Source: an uncultured Flavobacteriaceae bacterium
GTDB lineage: Bacteria; Bacteroidota; Bacteroidia; Flavobacteriales; Flavobacteriaceae
Reading direction: 5' to 3'
DNA length: 64,000 nucleotides
Assembly: GCA_964014735.1 (NCBI GenBank)
Contig: CAXHBH010000001.1
Coordinates: 51,588 to 115,587 of the forward strand
A program made the position numbers and the translations under genes. Numbering within the stretch: position 1 is the stretch's first letter; every line of letters starts with the position of its first letter. Positions 9,538 to 18,096 of the stretch are shown here, piece by piece. The notes below the pieces were generated by a model. It was not told the origin of the DNA. It was given only the letters and a program-made list of their open reading frames with translations, and searched no databases.

Positions 9538-10083
9538 GTGAATAAATTAAGCTTTTTATTTCTTTTAATTTCAATTTTAATGAATGGCCAAAGTATTGAT
9601 ATAATTAACCCTGAAAATGGTGTTGGTGTAAATAATTGGAGTATAATTAATGATGATGTTATGGGTGGAGTTTCATCATCTAACATTACTATAAATGATC
9701 AGAATAATATAGTTTTCAGCGGTTTCTTATCACTTAAAAATAATGGCGGGTTTGCATCATCGAGATTAAATTACAGCAAAGAAACACTAGTGGGAGTAAA
9801 ATCTTTCAAAATTAAATTTAGAGGTGATGGGAATATATATAAACTCAGACTTAGGCAAAATAACAGACGCGCTTCTTACTCACATAGTTTCAAATCCTTG
9901 AGGGACCAATGGACAGAAATAAATATTTTAGTTACTGACTTTAAACCAACTTGGAGAGGCAATACTTACAATAATTATCCTGACTTACAAATCGATAAAA
10001 TAAATAGCATTGGATTGCAAATATCTGATAAGCAAGAAGGGGAATTCAAATTAGAATTAAAATACCTTAAAGCACTTTATTAA
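9538..10083 (+). CDS. CIA30 (complex I intermediate-associated protein 30)-like domain protein, secreted
   Basis: ORF 9538..10083 (GTG start) with a signal peptide. The WSIINDDVMGGVSSS and NNGGFASSR motifs are typical of the CIA30 family. Confidence 0.7.
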   Translation: MNKLSFLFLLISILMNGQSIDIINPENGVGVNNWSIINDDVMGGVSSSNITINDQNNIVFSGFLSLKNNGGFASSRLNYSKETLVGVKSFKIKFRGDGNIYKLRLRQNNRRASYSHSFKSLRDQWTEINILVTDFKPTWRGNTYNNYPDLQIDKINSIGLQISDKQEGEFKLELKYLKALY

Positions 10084-10110
10084 ATATTAATTAGAATATT
10101 TGTGATGTCT

Positions 10111-10156
10111 TAAACCATACACATATTCTCTTCTTTAAGTTCTGCTACCTTTAAAA
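10111..10156 (+). repeat. junction repeat copy R3
   Basis: TAAACCATACACATATTCTCTTCTTTAAGTTCTGCTACCTTTAAAA. Confidence 0.8.
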
Positions 10157-10184
10157 TAAGAGTTATATTTAAGCTATAAGAGAG

Positions 10185-10712
10185 GTGAAATCGGTTGGAA
10201 TTAATTATGATAGACTATCCTATGCGATTTTTTCTCCAATAGCAGGGGTTGCGTTAATAGCGGGAATTATAAAGAACGATTACCCATATGTTAATAATGA
10301 TCAATTCCTCGCCCTTATACTTTTTTTGTCAGTTGTTCTTACTATTTACTTTTTCTTGAAATCATTTAATGTATTGATTGTTGATTCGTTTGGTATTGAA
10401 CTAAAATATCTTTTGTTTCCTTCAAAAAGTATTAAAAAAAGATGGGCGCAAATAAATAATTATGCAATAGTCAGAATCAAAAGGGAGGGGGGCAAGAGAC
10501 AAATAACCTACACTCGCAGCGAACTTTGGTTTATTGATTCTAATGATATGGTATTATTTAAAACATACAAAAAAGGAAGAACAAATTTAAATCAAGCATT
10601 GAAAATGATTGAAAGATTCACAGATGAGAGTGTTATTGATTTAGAGAATACGGATATTTACTCTTGCTCAATAGGCAAGCAAAAGGTTATTTATAAGAGA
10701 CCCCTCACTTAA
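10185..10712 (+). CDS. two-TM membrane protein with possible bacterial PH-like C-terminal domain, hypothetical
   Basis: ORF 10185..10712 (GTG start). It has two N-terminal hydrophobic helices followed by a soluble domain. The fold assignment is a guess. The stop TAA is the first 3 nt of repeat R4. Confidence 0.5.
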   Translation: MKSVGINYDRLSYAIFSPIAGVALIAGIIKNDYPYVNNDQFLALILFLSVVLTIYFFLKSFNVLIVDSFGIELKYLLFPSKSIKKRWAQINNYAIVRIKREGGKRQITYTRSELWFIDSNDMVLFKTYKKGRTNLNQALKMIERFTDESVIDLENTDIYSCSIGKQKVIYKRPLT

Positions 10713-10748
10713 ACCATAGGCAAATCTTCTTCTTTTAACTTTTAATCC
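10710..10748 (+). repeat. junction repeat copy R4 (3' half diverged)
   Basis: TAAACCATAGGCAAATCTTCTTCTTTTAACTTTTAATCC. Confidence 0.75.
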
Positions 10749-10798
10749 TCTTTGTATGACAGGTGTAAGGTAATTATATATTATCCTTACATTTGATT

Positions 10799-11287
10799 AT
10801 GAATGAATTTAAGGTTTCTAGAAAGCTGTTTTTGAAGCAAAGTTTAGATGACGTTTGGGAAGTCATTTCTTCAAAAGAGTCTTTGGAACTTTTCCATCCT
10901 TATTGCTTAAAAAATAAGGTGATTTCTTGGGGTGATACTAAGGTAGATGAATTAGTATATTTAAATGGCTTAGTTTTTATTAGAGAATTTACCTCATGGA
11001 ATCCAAACCACGGCTTTGAATTAACCATTGGAAAGAGGGATGGAAAAAAATCAAAAGTCAAATGGGAAATTACAATGTCAAATTCGGGCTGTTTAATATC
11101 AATTTCAATTTGGCCATATAAGTCAAGTAAGGTTTCTAAGATATTATATCCCTTTGTGAATGTTTTTATCGTAAGACCAAAGTTGAAAAAGTATTTAAGT
11201 TCCGTATTGAAAGGACTAAATTTTTACCTAACCAATAGGACAGTTGTAAAAAAGAACCAGTTTGGGTCGCATTCGTGGTTTTCATAA
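10799..11287 (+). CDS. SRPBCC/START-like small protein, hypothetical
   Basis: ORF 10793..11287, with the ATG at 10799 preferred. The N-terminal pattern FKVSRKLFLKQSLDDVWEVISSKESLELFHP resembles SRPBCC ligand-binding proteins. The family call is weak. Confidence 0.45.
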   Translation: MNEFKVSRKLFLKQSLDDVWEVISSKESLELFHPYCLKNKVISWGDTKVDELVYLNGLVFIREFTSWNPNHGFELTIGKRDGKKSKVKWEITMSNSGCLISISIWPYKSSKVSKILYPFVNVFIVRPKLKKYLSSVLKGLNFYLTNRTVVKKNQFGSHSWFS

Positions 11288-11362
11288 AAAAGTCAAAAGG
11301 CGATAGAAAAATATGGAAAAAAAGGAAGAGCACGGGGTTATAGAAATGATATCAAAACTACC

Positions 11363-11408
11363 TAAACCATAGGCGTATCTTCGCTTTATAGTTCTGCTAA
11401 TTCTAACA
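11363..11408 (+). repeat. junction repeat copy R5
   Basis: TAAACCATAGGCGTATCTTCGCTTTATAGTTCTGCTAATTCTAACA. Confidence 0.8.
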
Positions 11409-11439
11409 CTCTTAACTTTAATTTCGGTATCTTGTTCAA

Positions 11440-11958
11440 ATGAAAAAATTAATCTTAGGTTTTATTATAGTAAATTTTTTTGCAACAGATTACATAAACG
11501 CCCAGCAATTGTCTAAAAACGATGTATTTGATGTATTGTCAAAATGGGAAGGTAAATGGAAAAATAGTGTGGTTTTTGAAGAATCTGTTTGGGTGTCTAA
11601 AAGTTTTGAAACTCGAGGGATAACAGACTCAAAGTTGATTCTTTCCAATAATTATATTGAAATGACAGCTTACAGTGGAAGTGAAACTAACAAACATATT
11701 GTTTGTTATGACCAAAATTCAAACCAGTTCAATAGATGGGAATTTAAAAGCGACAGTAGCAATACTTTTTGGACAGGAAAGTGGAATCAAAGGGAGAGCA
11801 CTATGACTTGGAGCTATATAGATTTTTCAAGTACTGGTATCAGCGGTGAAATAATTGAAAAGTTTAAGTCAGATGAAATAATCAATGTAAAAGTTATTAT
11901 GAAAGATAAAAATGGAAAACAACTGCTTCTAATAACTTCTAAAGCTCAAAAAATATAA
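11440..11958 (+). CDS. secreted hypothetical protein
   Basis: ORF 11440..11958 with a signal peptide ending INAQQ. I recognise no family with confidence. Its stop lies in TAAACCA, the first 7 nt of the repeat motif. Confidence 0.5.
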   Translation: MKKLILGFIIVNFFATDYINAQQLSKNDVFDVLSKWEGKWKNSVVFEESVWVSKSFETRGITDSKLILSNNYIEMTAYSGSETNKHIVCYDQNSNQFNRWEFKSDSSNTFWTGKWNQRESTMTWSYIDFSSTGISGEIIEKFKSDEIINVKVIMKDKNGKQLLLITSKAQKI

Positions 11959-12046
11959 ACCACGCTAAAAATATTAATTCACATATATCGATGATGCCCA
12001 CATAGGCTAAAGATAAACGCTACCTTATTTTTAGTATTTTTGTATT

Positions 12047-12643
12047 ATGAAAACAAAACATTTATTTTGGATTGTTCCCCTTGCAATTATTGTTATTTTA
12101 TTTTTTTCACTTTTTAGTTTTAATAACAGCGCTGTTCGAAAATTAGAAGCTGTTAAAACAAGTTTGTCAAATGTAGAGTCATCTTACCAGCGAAGAGCTG
12201 ATGTCATAACAGGACTTCTAAATACGGTTAAGGGTGCAGCAAACTTTGAAAAAGAAGTACTTACCGAAGTGGTTGAAGCAAGGGCAAAAGCAGGTCAAAC
12301 AAACATCAATTTAAATGACTTAAACGCCAATAGCATCAATCAATTTGCAGATGCACAGCAAGCTTTGTCAGGTGCTTTATCACGACTTTTGGTAACCGTG
12401 GAGCGCTACCCTGAGCTTAAGGCTACACAAAACTTTTTAGAATTTCAATCTCAGTTAGAGGGTACAGAAAACAGAATTAATGTGGAGCGCAACCGATATA
12501 ATCAAGCGGTGAATACATACAATACACACATAAAGGTTTTTCCAAATGCAATCTATGCAGACTGGTTAGGATTCTCTGAGGAATTTCAAAGATTTCAATC
12601 AAGCGAAGGCTCCCAAGATGCTCCAGAAATCAGTTTTGACTAG
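12047..12643 (+). CDS. lemA: LemA family protein
   Basis: ORF 12047..12643 with an N-terminal TM. RRADVITGLLNTVKGAANFEKE and VERYPELKATQNF...NRYN are typical LemA blocks. Confidence 0.9.
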   Translation: MKTKHLFWIVPLAIIVILFFSLFSFNNSAVRKLEAVKTSLSNVESSYQRRADVITGLLNTVKGAANFEKEVLTEVVEARAKAGQTNINLNDLNANSINQFADAQQALSGALSRLLVTVERYPELKATQNFLEFQSQLEGTENRINVERNRYNQAVNTYNTHIKVFPNAIYADWLGFSEEFQRFQSSEGSQDAPEISFD

Positions 12644-12649
12644 TCTCAT

Positions 12650-13096
12650 ATGGAATTAGCATCATTTCTCTCACAAGAACAAATCCAAGAGCTTGTAGTT
12701 GTAATTTCAAAAGCAGAGCTTTTAACTTCTGGAGAGATAAGACTACACCTTGAAGAGAAGTGTACAATTGACGCCCAAGCACGTGCTGTTGAAGTGTTTG
12801 AAACGCTTGGTATGGAGCATACTAACCTCAACAATGGTGTATTGATTTATATTTCATACGGAGATCAAAAATTTGCTTTATGTGGCGACAAGGGCATTCA
12901 TAAAAATCTTTCCAAACGTTTTTGGACTTCGCTTGGCAATGGACTAAGACGCGCCTTTAAAAACCAAGACTATTTTAAGGGAATCTCCAACACCATCATG
13001 GAATGCGGCAGGCAGCTAAGAGTACATTTCCCCTATCAACATGACGATATAAATGAGCTCGAAAATCATGTTACCTTTGAAGAAGATCTAACATGA
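12650..13096 (+). CDS. TPM (TLP18.3/Psb32/MOLO-1) domain protein
   Basis: ORF 12650..13096. It sits in the conserved position after lemA. GEIRLHLEE...NGVLIYISYGDQKFALCGDKGIH resembles the TPM/DUF477 fold. Confidence 0.7.
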   Translation: MELASFLSQEQIQELVVVISKAELLTSGEIRLHLEEKCTIDAQARAVEVFETLGMEHTNLNNGVLIYISYGDQKFALCGDKGIHKNLSKRFWTSLGNGLRRAFKNQDYFKGISNTIMECGRQLRVHFPYQHDDINELENHVTFEEDLT

Positions 13097-13899
13097 AAAA
13101 GCAGTTTTTATATGTAATAGCTCTTTTGTGCTTTGGTGCTCAGTCATACGCACAATACGAAATTCCGAAAAAGCCAAGTAATCAAAGAGCAGTATATCAA
13201 TACAAAAAAGGCAAAATATTAAAGCCTGACCAAGTTAGGGTATTAAACCAAAAGCTTGTTAGGTATGCAGACAGCACCTCTACTCAAATTGTGGTCGCTG
13301 CCATAAACTCAACTGAAGGTGAAGACATACTTTATTTGGGCGCTCAATGGGCCAACAAATGGGGTATTGGTCAAGAAAAACAAGACAATGGAATTTTTAT
13401 TTTAGTAGCCAAGGGCGACAGAAAAATATCCATAAATCCGGGTTATGGTGTTGAAGAATACCTCACTGATGCCTTAAGCAAGCGAATTATCAATAATACC
13501 ATTAGACCCGCGTTTAAAAAGGGCGATTACTACAAAGGTCTTAATAAAGCAACTGATCAAATTATTGCAATACTTGATGGCAATTTTGACGCGAGCGAAT
13601 TAAAGAAAAGAGATTTTACCCCATGGGATTACTTTTTCCTTTTTATTTTTCTGGTCCCATTTATTATTATAGCGCACTTGATGTGGATAAGGCGCGAATG
13701 GAAGAAAAGAAAGGAGGACGGACAAGATGTTACCTTTGGCGAAATATTTAGGGACTATACTTTCAATGATGGGGTATTATACCATCCAGGCGGAAGCATT
13801 TCCAGTCAACAATCTTCAGGATCTTACGGCGGCGGCTTTGGCGGCGGCGGCTTTGGTGGTGGTGGCTTTGGCGGCGGTGGCGCTAGCGGAGGTTGGTAA
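13093..13899 (+). CDS. TPM domain protein, YgcG-like, with TM segment and Gly-rich tail
   Basis: ORF 13093..13899, with a 4-nt overlap with the previous gene. It contains STQIVVAAINSTEGEDI...DNGIFILVAKGDRKISINPGYG and a C-terminal (GGGGF)n tail. Confidence 0.85.
   Translation: MKKQFLYVIALLCFGAQSYAQYEIPKKPSNQRAVYQYKKGKILKPDQVRVLNQKLVRYADSTSTQIVVAAINSTEGEDILYLGAQWANKWGIGQEKQDNGIFILVAKGDRKISINPGYGVEEYLTDALSKRIINNTIRPAFKKGDYYKGLNKATDQIIAILDGNFDASELKKRDFTPWDYFFLFIFLVPFIIIAHLMWIRREWKKRKEDGQDVTFGEIFRDYTFNDGVLYHPGGSISSQQSSGSYGGGFGGGGFGGGGFGGGGASGGW
13828..13881 (+). repeat. tandem GGC/GGT-rich 15-nt repeat encoding (GGGGF)3
   Basis: GGCGGCGGCTTT GGCGGCGGCGGCTTT GGTGGTGGTGGCTTT GGCGGCGGTGGC, inside the YgcG-like gene. 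Confidence 0.8.
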
Positions 13900-13987
13900 T
13901 AATTACCTTAAACGGTATTATCCAATTGTCTAGTCAAATTCAATTTGAACTTGTTAGTCTGGAGAATTAGAATTTAATTAAATAACT

Positions 13988-14410
13988 TTAGCTCTCTAAA
14001 GATGAGTTTAGGATAATCGTACAATCTAATACGCCTGAAACGGGGCAGTCCCTTTTTGCTTCTTCTGCCAACTCCTGAAACTTTCCAATGCTAATTCCTG
14101 AAACTTTGCCTTTTAGATTTAAAATTATAGAAACAAATTTGCCGTCTTCAAAAGTTAGAGCCGCATCAGTGTTTAACTCATCTGGGCTATATCCAGCTTC
14201 ATTCAAAACAAAACTTAGTTTCATATTAAAGCAGCCAGCTAGAGCAGCTGCAATCAGCTCCTCAGGATTTGTTCCTAGCTCACCGTTATCATTTTCAAAC
14301 CTTGTTTTAAAACTATAAGGCATATCTTTAAATGCCTTGCTTTGAACATTTAAGAAACCATTTCCGTTGGCGCCATCACCTTTCCAAATCGCATTTACTT
14401 TTCTTACCAT
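13988..14410 (-). CDS. osmC: OsmC family peroxiredoxin
   Basis: ORF 13988..14410. The two conserved Cys contexts (AAALAGCFNM and RDCPVSGVL) and the length are typical of OsmC. Confidence 0.85.
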   Translation of the reverse strand: MVRKVNAIWKGDGANGNGFLNVQSKAFKDMPYSFKTRFENDNGELGTNPEELIAAALAGCFNMKLSFVLNEAGYSPDELNTDAALTFEDGKFVSIILNLKGKVSGISIGKFQELAEEAKRDCPVSGVLDCTIILNSSLES

Positions 14411-14437
14411 TGTTTGTGTTTTTTATGAATATAATAC

Positions 14438-15733
14438 TTAATTCCGAATCCTTTGCGCTTCTTCAGACAAGTTGCTTTTTATAATTTCAATTTCTTGTGT
14501 TGGGTTATTTAAAAGATTATTTTGCTCATAAGCATCACTGTTTAAGTCATAAAGTAACTCTGTTCCATCGGCCTTTACAATGAGCTTATATTGGTTATCC
14601 CTAACGGCATAACTTACCACTCCATTTAGCGACTTTTCTGCATACGCATGTGTTCTTATAGTGGTATTTGCGTTTCCAATTAACGAATAAAAACTCCTGC
14701 TGTTGTGCTTTGCTGTTATTTCCCCACCTGCCATTTGGGCAATGGTTGTAAAAAGATCTGTAGACTGTATAAGCGCTGCTTCACGTACCCCTTTCCTGCT
14801 GACCCCAGCACCAGCAATTACCATGGGAACATTAATACCACCTTGATAGATGCTTCCCTTTGCCCGTCTAGGTCTATATGGTGTTTGAATAACTTGACTT
14901 GGCGTTCCATTGTCACCCAAAAAAATGACAATGGTATTTTCTAAGCCATTTGGAATGGCAGCAATTACGCGCCCAAGCTCTTTATCCAAAGCTTCAATAG
15001 CTGAAAAGTAATATGGCAATGGGTTTGTTTCAATGCTAACATCATCAGAAGGCAAACTTCCTTGTTGATGTAAATTTGTAGGCGCAAGATGAAATGGCGT
15101 GTGCGGTGCGTTATAGGCAAGCCATAAAAACCAAGGTTTTTCTCGGCTACCGATCCATTCTATAGCTCTATTGGAAAATGCTGTGGTGGTATAGGTAGTA
15201 TTGTCTACTCTAATACCATTGATAACCTCTTTCCAATTGGTGTAGGAACTCACACCACCTCCTAAAACCCCAGAGAAATGATCTATACCCATGGTGTTGG
15301 GGTCTGTAATGTTATTTGACAAGTGCCATTTCCCAATTAGTGCAGTATCATAAGTGCCATTTGATTGGGTTTTAATAAAATCATGCAAGGTTTCTTCGCT
15401 TAACGAAATATCTTGCTCCACCTCCAAAACCCCATTATGGTAGCCAAGCTTTCCCGTTATTATAGATGCTCTTGTTGGAGAACATACAGGATAAGCCCAC
15501 ATATTGTCAAAAGTAATTCCGCTACTGGCCAACATTTCAAGTGTTGGCATTTGAGGTTTTTTTGACCCCTCTGAATAGTTTGGAGTAGCATCTTTGCCCA
15601 TATCGTCTGCAATTACAAACAGAATGTTTGGCGGTGGTGTTTCCGAAATGACTTCTTTTTCAGAGACTTCTTGTTTGCCGCAAGACAAAATAAGAATGCA
15701 TATCATTAAAAGGATGCTAATAGTTCTCGCCAT
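14438..15733 (-). CDS. sulfatase (formylglycine-dependent arylsulfatase family), lipoprotein
   Basis: ORF 14438..15754, trimmed to MARTISILL...LSCG. It has NILFVIADDMG and the CSPTRASIITG (C-x-P-x-R) sulfatase signature. Confidence 0.9.
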   Translation of the reverse strand: MARTISILLMICILILSCGKQEVSEKEVISETPPPNILFVIADDMGKDATPNYSEGSKKPQMPTLEMLASSGITFDNMWAYPVCSPTRASIITGKLGYHNGVLEVEQDISLSEETLHDFIKTQSNGTYDTALIGKWHLSNNITDPNTMGIDHFSGVLGGGVSSYTNWKEVINGIRVDNTTYTTTAFSNRAIEWIGSREKPWFLWLAYNAPHTPFHLAPTNLHQQGSLPSDDVSIETNPLPYYFSAIEALDKELGRVIAAIPNGLENTIVIFLGDNGTPSQVIQTPYRPRRAKGSIYQGGINVPMVIAGAGVSRKGVREAALIQSTDLFTTIAQMAGGEITAKHNSRSFYSLIGNANTTIRTHAYAEKSLNGVVSYAVRDNQYKLIVKADGTELLYDLNSDAYEQNNLLNNPTQEIEIIKSNLSEEAQRIRN

Positions 15734-15793
15734 GGTATGGTTATTAGACACCATAAATTTAAAAAAGTTTGTTTTAAAAAAATTAATAGATAC

Positions 15794-17203
15794 TTAGAGC
15801 TTTGCATTTGAAACTCGCGCGGTAACCTCAATATCTGCAGCTTTGAAGGCATTAAAGCCTCCAGCAACGTCAATTACATTGTGGATGCCCCTGCTTTTAA
15901 GAATTGAAGCAGCAATCACAGAACGATAACCTCCCGCACAATGCACATAAAAGGGTTTATCTGCGGGGAATTCAGCCAAATGATGGTTTATAAAATCAAG
16001 TGGCGTATTTTCTGCAATTGGTATATGCCCTGAATCATATTCGGTTGTTTTACGCACATCAAAAATATGAATACTGTCTTTTTCAAGATCGGCTTTAAGC
16101 GTTGTTGCTGAAACAGAAACAAGGCTGTCTATTTCTTTAGAAGCCTTTTTCCAAGCGTCAAAACCACCCGCTAAATAGCCAATAGTATTATCAAACCCAA
16201 CTCGTGATAGTCTCGTAATGGCTTCTTCTACGCGTTCATCATCGGCAACCAACAAAATAGGTTGTTTTACATCAGCGATTAGTGTGCCTACCCACGGAGC
16301 AAAACCACCGTCAAGACCAATAAAAATAGACCTTGGAATATGTCCTTTTATATAGTCGTTGTGCTGTCTTACATCCAAAACAATAGCACCAGTTTCATTG
16401 GCTACAAGTTCAAATGCACCTGACGATAGGGCGTGTTTCCCAGTTTCAATTACTGCATCCAAATCCGCATACCCTTCTTTGTTCATCTTAACATTGAGCG
16501 GAAAATAGTCTGGAGGTGGAAGTAGTCCCTCGTTGACTTCTTTAATAAATGTCTCTTTGTCCATGTCGGCACGAAGTGCGTAATTCATTTTTTTCTGATT
16601 GCCAAGGGTGTCAACCGTTTCTTTCATCATGTTTTTCCCACAGGCAGATCCTGCACCGTGAGCTGGATATACAATAACATCATCGGCAAGAGGCATGATT
16701 TTGTTACGCAAGCTATCAAAGAGTATTCCCGCCAATTGCTCTTGGGTTATATCTGCTCCTTTTTGTGCCAAGTCTGGACGGCCAACATCTCCTAAAAAGA
16801 GCGTATCGCCCGTAAAAATAGCATGGTCTTTTCCGTTTTCGTCGCGTAGTAAGTAGGTGGTGCTTTCCATGGTGTGACCTGGAGTGTGTAAAGCGATAAT
16901 ACTGGCTTCACCTAATTTAAATTCTTGTCCATCAGTGGCAATAAGTGCTTTAAAATTTGGGTTGGCATTTGGACCAAAAATAATTGGTGCATTTGTCTTT
17001 TTGGCAAGGGTCAAATGACCACTTACAAAGTCTGCGTGAAAATGCGTTTCAAATACATATTTTATGTTAGCACCATCTCGCTCAGCCCGTTCCAAGTATG
17101 GGCCTGTTTCGCGCAACGGATCAATGACGGCTGCTTCGCCATTACTTTCAATATAGTATGCGCCTTGCGCCAAACAACCAGTGTATAACTGCTCTACTTT
17201 CAT
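15794..17203 (-). CDS. MBL-fold persulfide-dioxygenase-like hydrolase fused to two rhodanese domains
   Basis: ORF 15794..17236, trimmed to MKVEQLY. It has the HFHADFVSGH metallo-beta-lactamase motif and a C-terminal rhodanese active site HCAGGYRS. Confidence 0.85.
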   Translation of the reverse strand: MKVEQLYTGCLAQGAYYIESNGEAAVIDPLRETGPYLERAERDGANIKYVFETHFHADFVSGHLTLAKKTNAPIIFGPNANPNFKALIATDGQEFKLGEASIIALHTPGHTMESTTYLLRDENGKDHAIFTGDTLFLGDVGRPDLAQKGADITQEQLAGILFDSLRNKIMPLADDVIVYPAHGAGSACGKNMMKETVDTLGNQKKMNYALRADMDKETFIKEVNEGLLPPPDYFPLNVKMNKEGYADLDAVIETGKHALSSGAFELVANETGAIVLDVRQHNDYIKGHIPRSIFIGLDGGFAPWVGTLIADVKQPILLVADDERVEEAITRLSRVGFDNTIGYLAGGFDAWKKASKEIDSLVSVSATTLKADLEKDSIHIFDVRKTTEYDSGHIPIAENTPLDFINHHLAEFPADKPFYVHCAGGYRSVIAASILKSRGIHNVIDVAGGFNAFKAADIEVTARVSNAKL

Positions 17204-17367
17204 GCGATGTCTGCTATTAGTCTTACAAAAGTACAAATTTAGCTTGCTTCAGCTTGTTGGGGGCAACCTATTTTATTGAACAGCAAGGTAGTCTAAAAGA
17301 AATTGTTTTAGAAAGAGAATACGAGTCTTACAATGGTAATCAGCCAATGGTGACCTAATTTCTAAGG

Positions 17368-18096
17368 CTACCTTTGTTCGTAAACTTCTTCAAAAGGCAC
17401 CCTACAGCGTTCGCCCCAAATGCCTTTATTACCATCACGCACGCCACACGATATAATCATATTTATGTCTGCCCCCCTTGTTAGCTTGAGCAATTTTTTT
17501 ACGCTTTTGCTGTCAAAACCTTCCATGGGGCAGGTATCGTATCCTTTTTCAGCCATGGCAAGCATGAAGGTCTGTGCCGCAAGCGCACAAGACTTGTGTA
17601 CGACGGTTCTCATTTGGGTTTCGGAGACTTCACGAACTACTGGTCGAAAAACCCCCATTACAAATACGATGAGTTTTCTTATTATTCCCAGCAATCGGAA
17701 AAATCGCGCATACAACAACGGCATCAATTTGCCGTAGTACACCTCTCTTACTGCGATGCGTTTCGCTTGTCTGTCTTTTGGGCTGTTTCTTTTGACATTT
17801 CCTTTTTCAAAATTTAGTAGGAACTTGGCCCTGGATCGAAAAAGATCTTGGCGGGTGACAAAAACAACCCACTGCGCTGCGGTTGAGGCTGCTGTTTGAC
17901 CCAGACAGGCTTTGGTTAGCGCTTCTCTCCACTTAGGGTCAACGAGATGTATGAATTGCCACAGCTGCATGTTTGAACTTGTAGGCGCCAGTGTTGCCTG
18001 CCTGAGACAGTCTTCAATGTCATTTGGCGAAATTGATTTTTTATCACTGAAAATGCGCACAGAACGCCTGTGCTCCAGGAGGTTTTGTAAATGCAT
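17368..18096 (-). CDS. nitroreductase family protein
   Basis: ORF 17368..18096. The N-terminal LEHRRSVRIFSDK and APTSSNMQLWQF motifs are typical of FMN nitroreductases. Confidence 0.8.
   Translation of the reverse strand: MHLQNLLEHRRSVRIFSDKKSISPNDIEDCLRQATLAPTSSNMQLWQFIHLVDPKWREALTKACLGQTAASTAAQWVVFVTRQDLFRSRAKFLLNFEKGNVKRNSPKDRQAKRIAVREVYYGKLMPLLYARFFRLLGIIRKLIVFVMGVFRPVVREVSETQMRTVVHKSCALAAQTFMLAMAEKGYDTCPMEGFDSKSVKKLLKLTRGADINMIISCGVRDGNKGIWGERCRVPFEEVYEQR

Noticed and set aside
8053-11408. Reading the junction repeats as a CRISPR array
   Set aside because: The intervals are 0.6-1.4 kb and contain ORFs. The repeats are only ~75-90 percent identical to each other and are not palindromic. 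No cas genes are present.
8053-11408. Reading the junction repeats as classical integron attC sites (CALIN)
   Set aside because: I could not find RYYYAAC...GTTRRRY inverted core sites. I also found no imperfect hairpin within or around the repeats. No intI-like gene is in the window.
4801-12046. Direct repeat of the tRNA-Asn 3' end marking an integrative element
   Set aside because: I scanned the island and its right border by eye for GGTTCGAGTCCAAGAGGGGGAG-like sequence and found none. No integrase is present.
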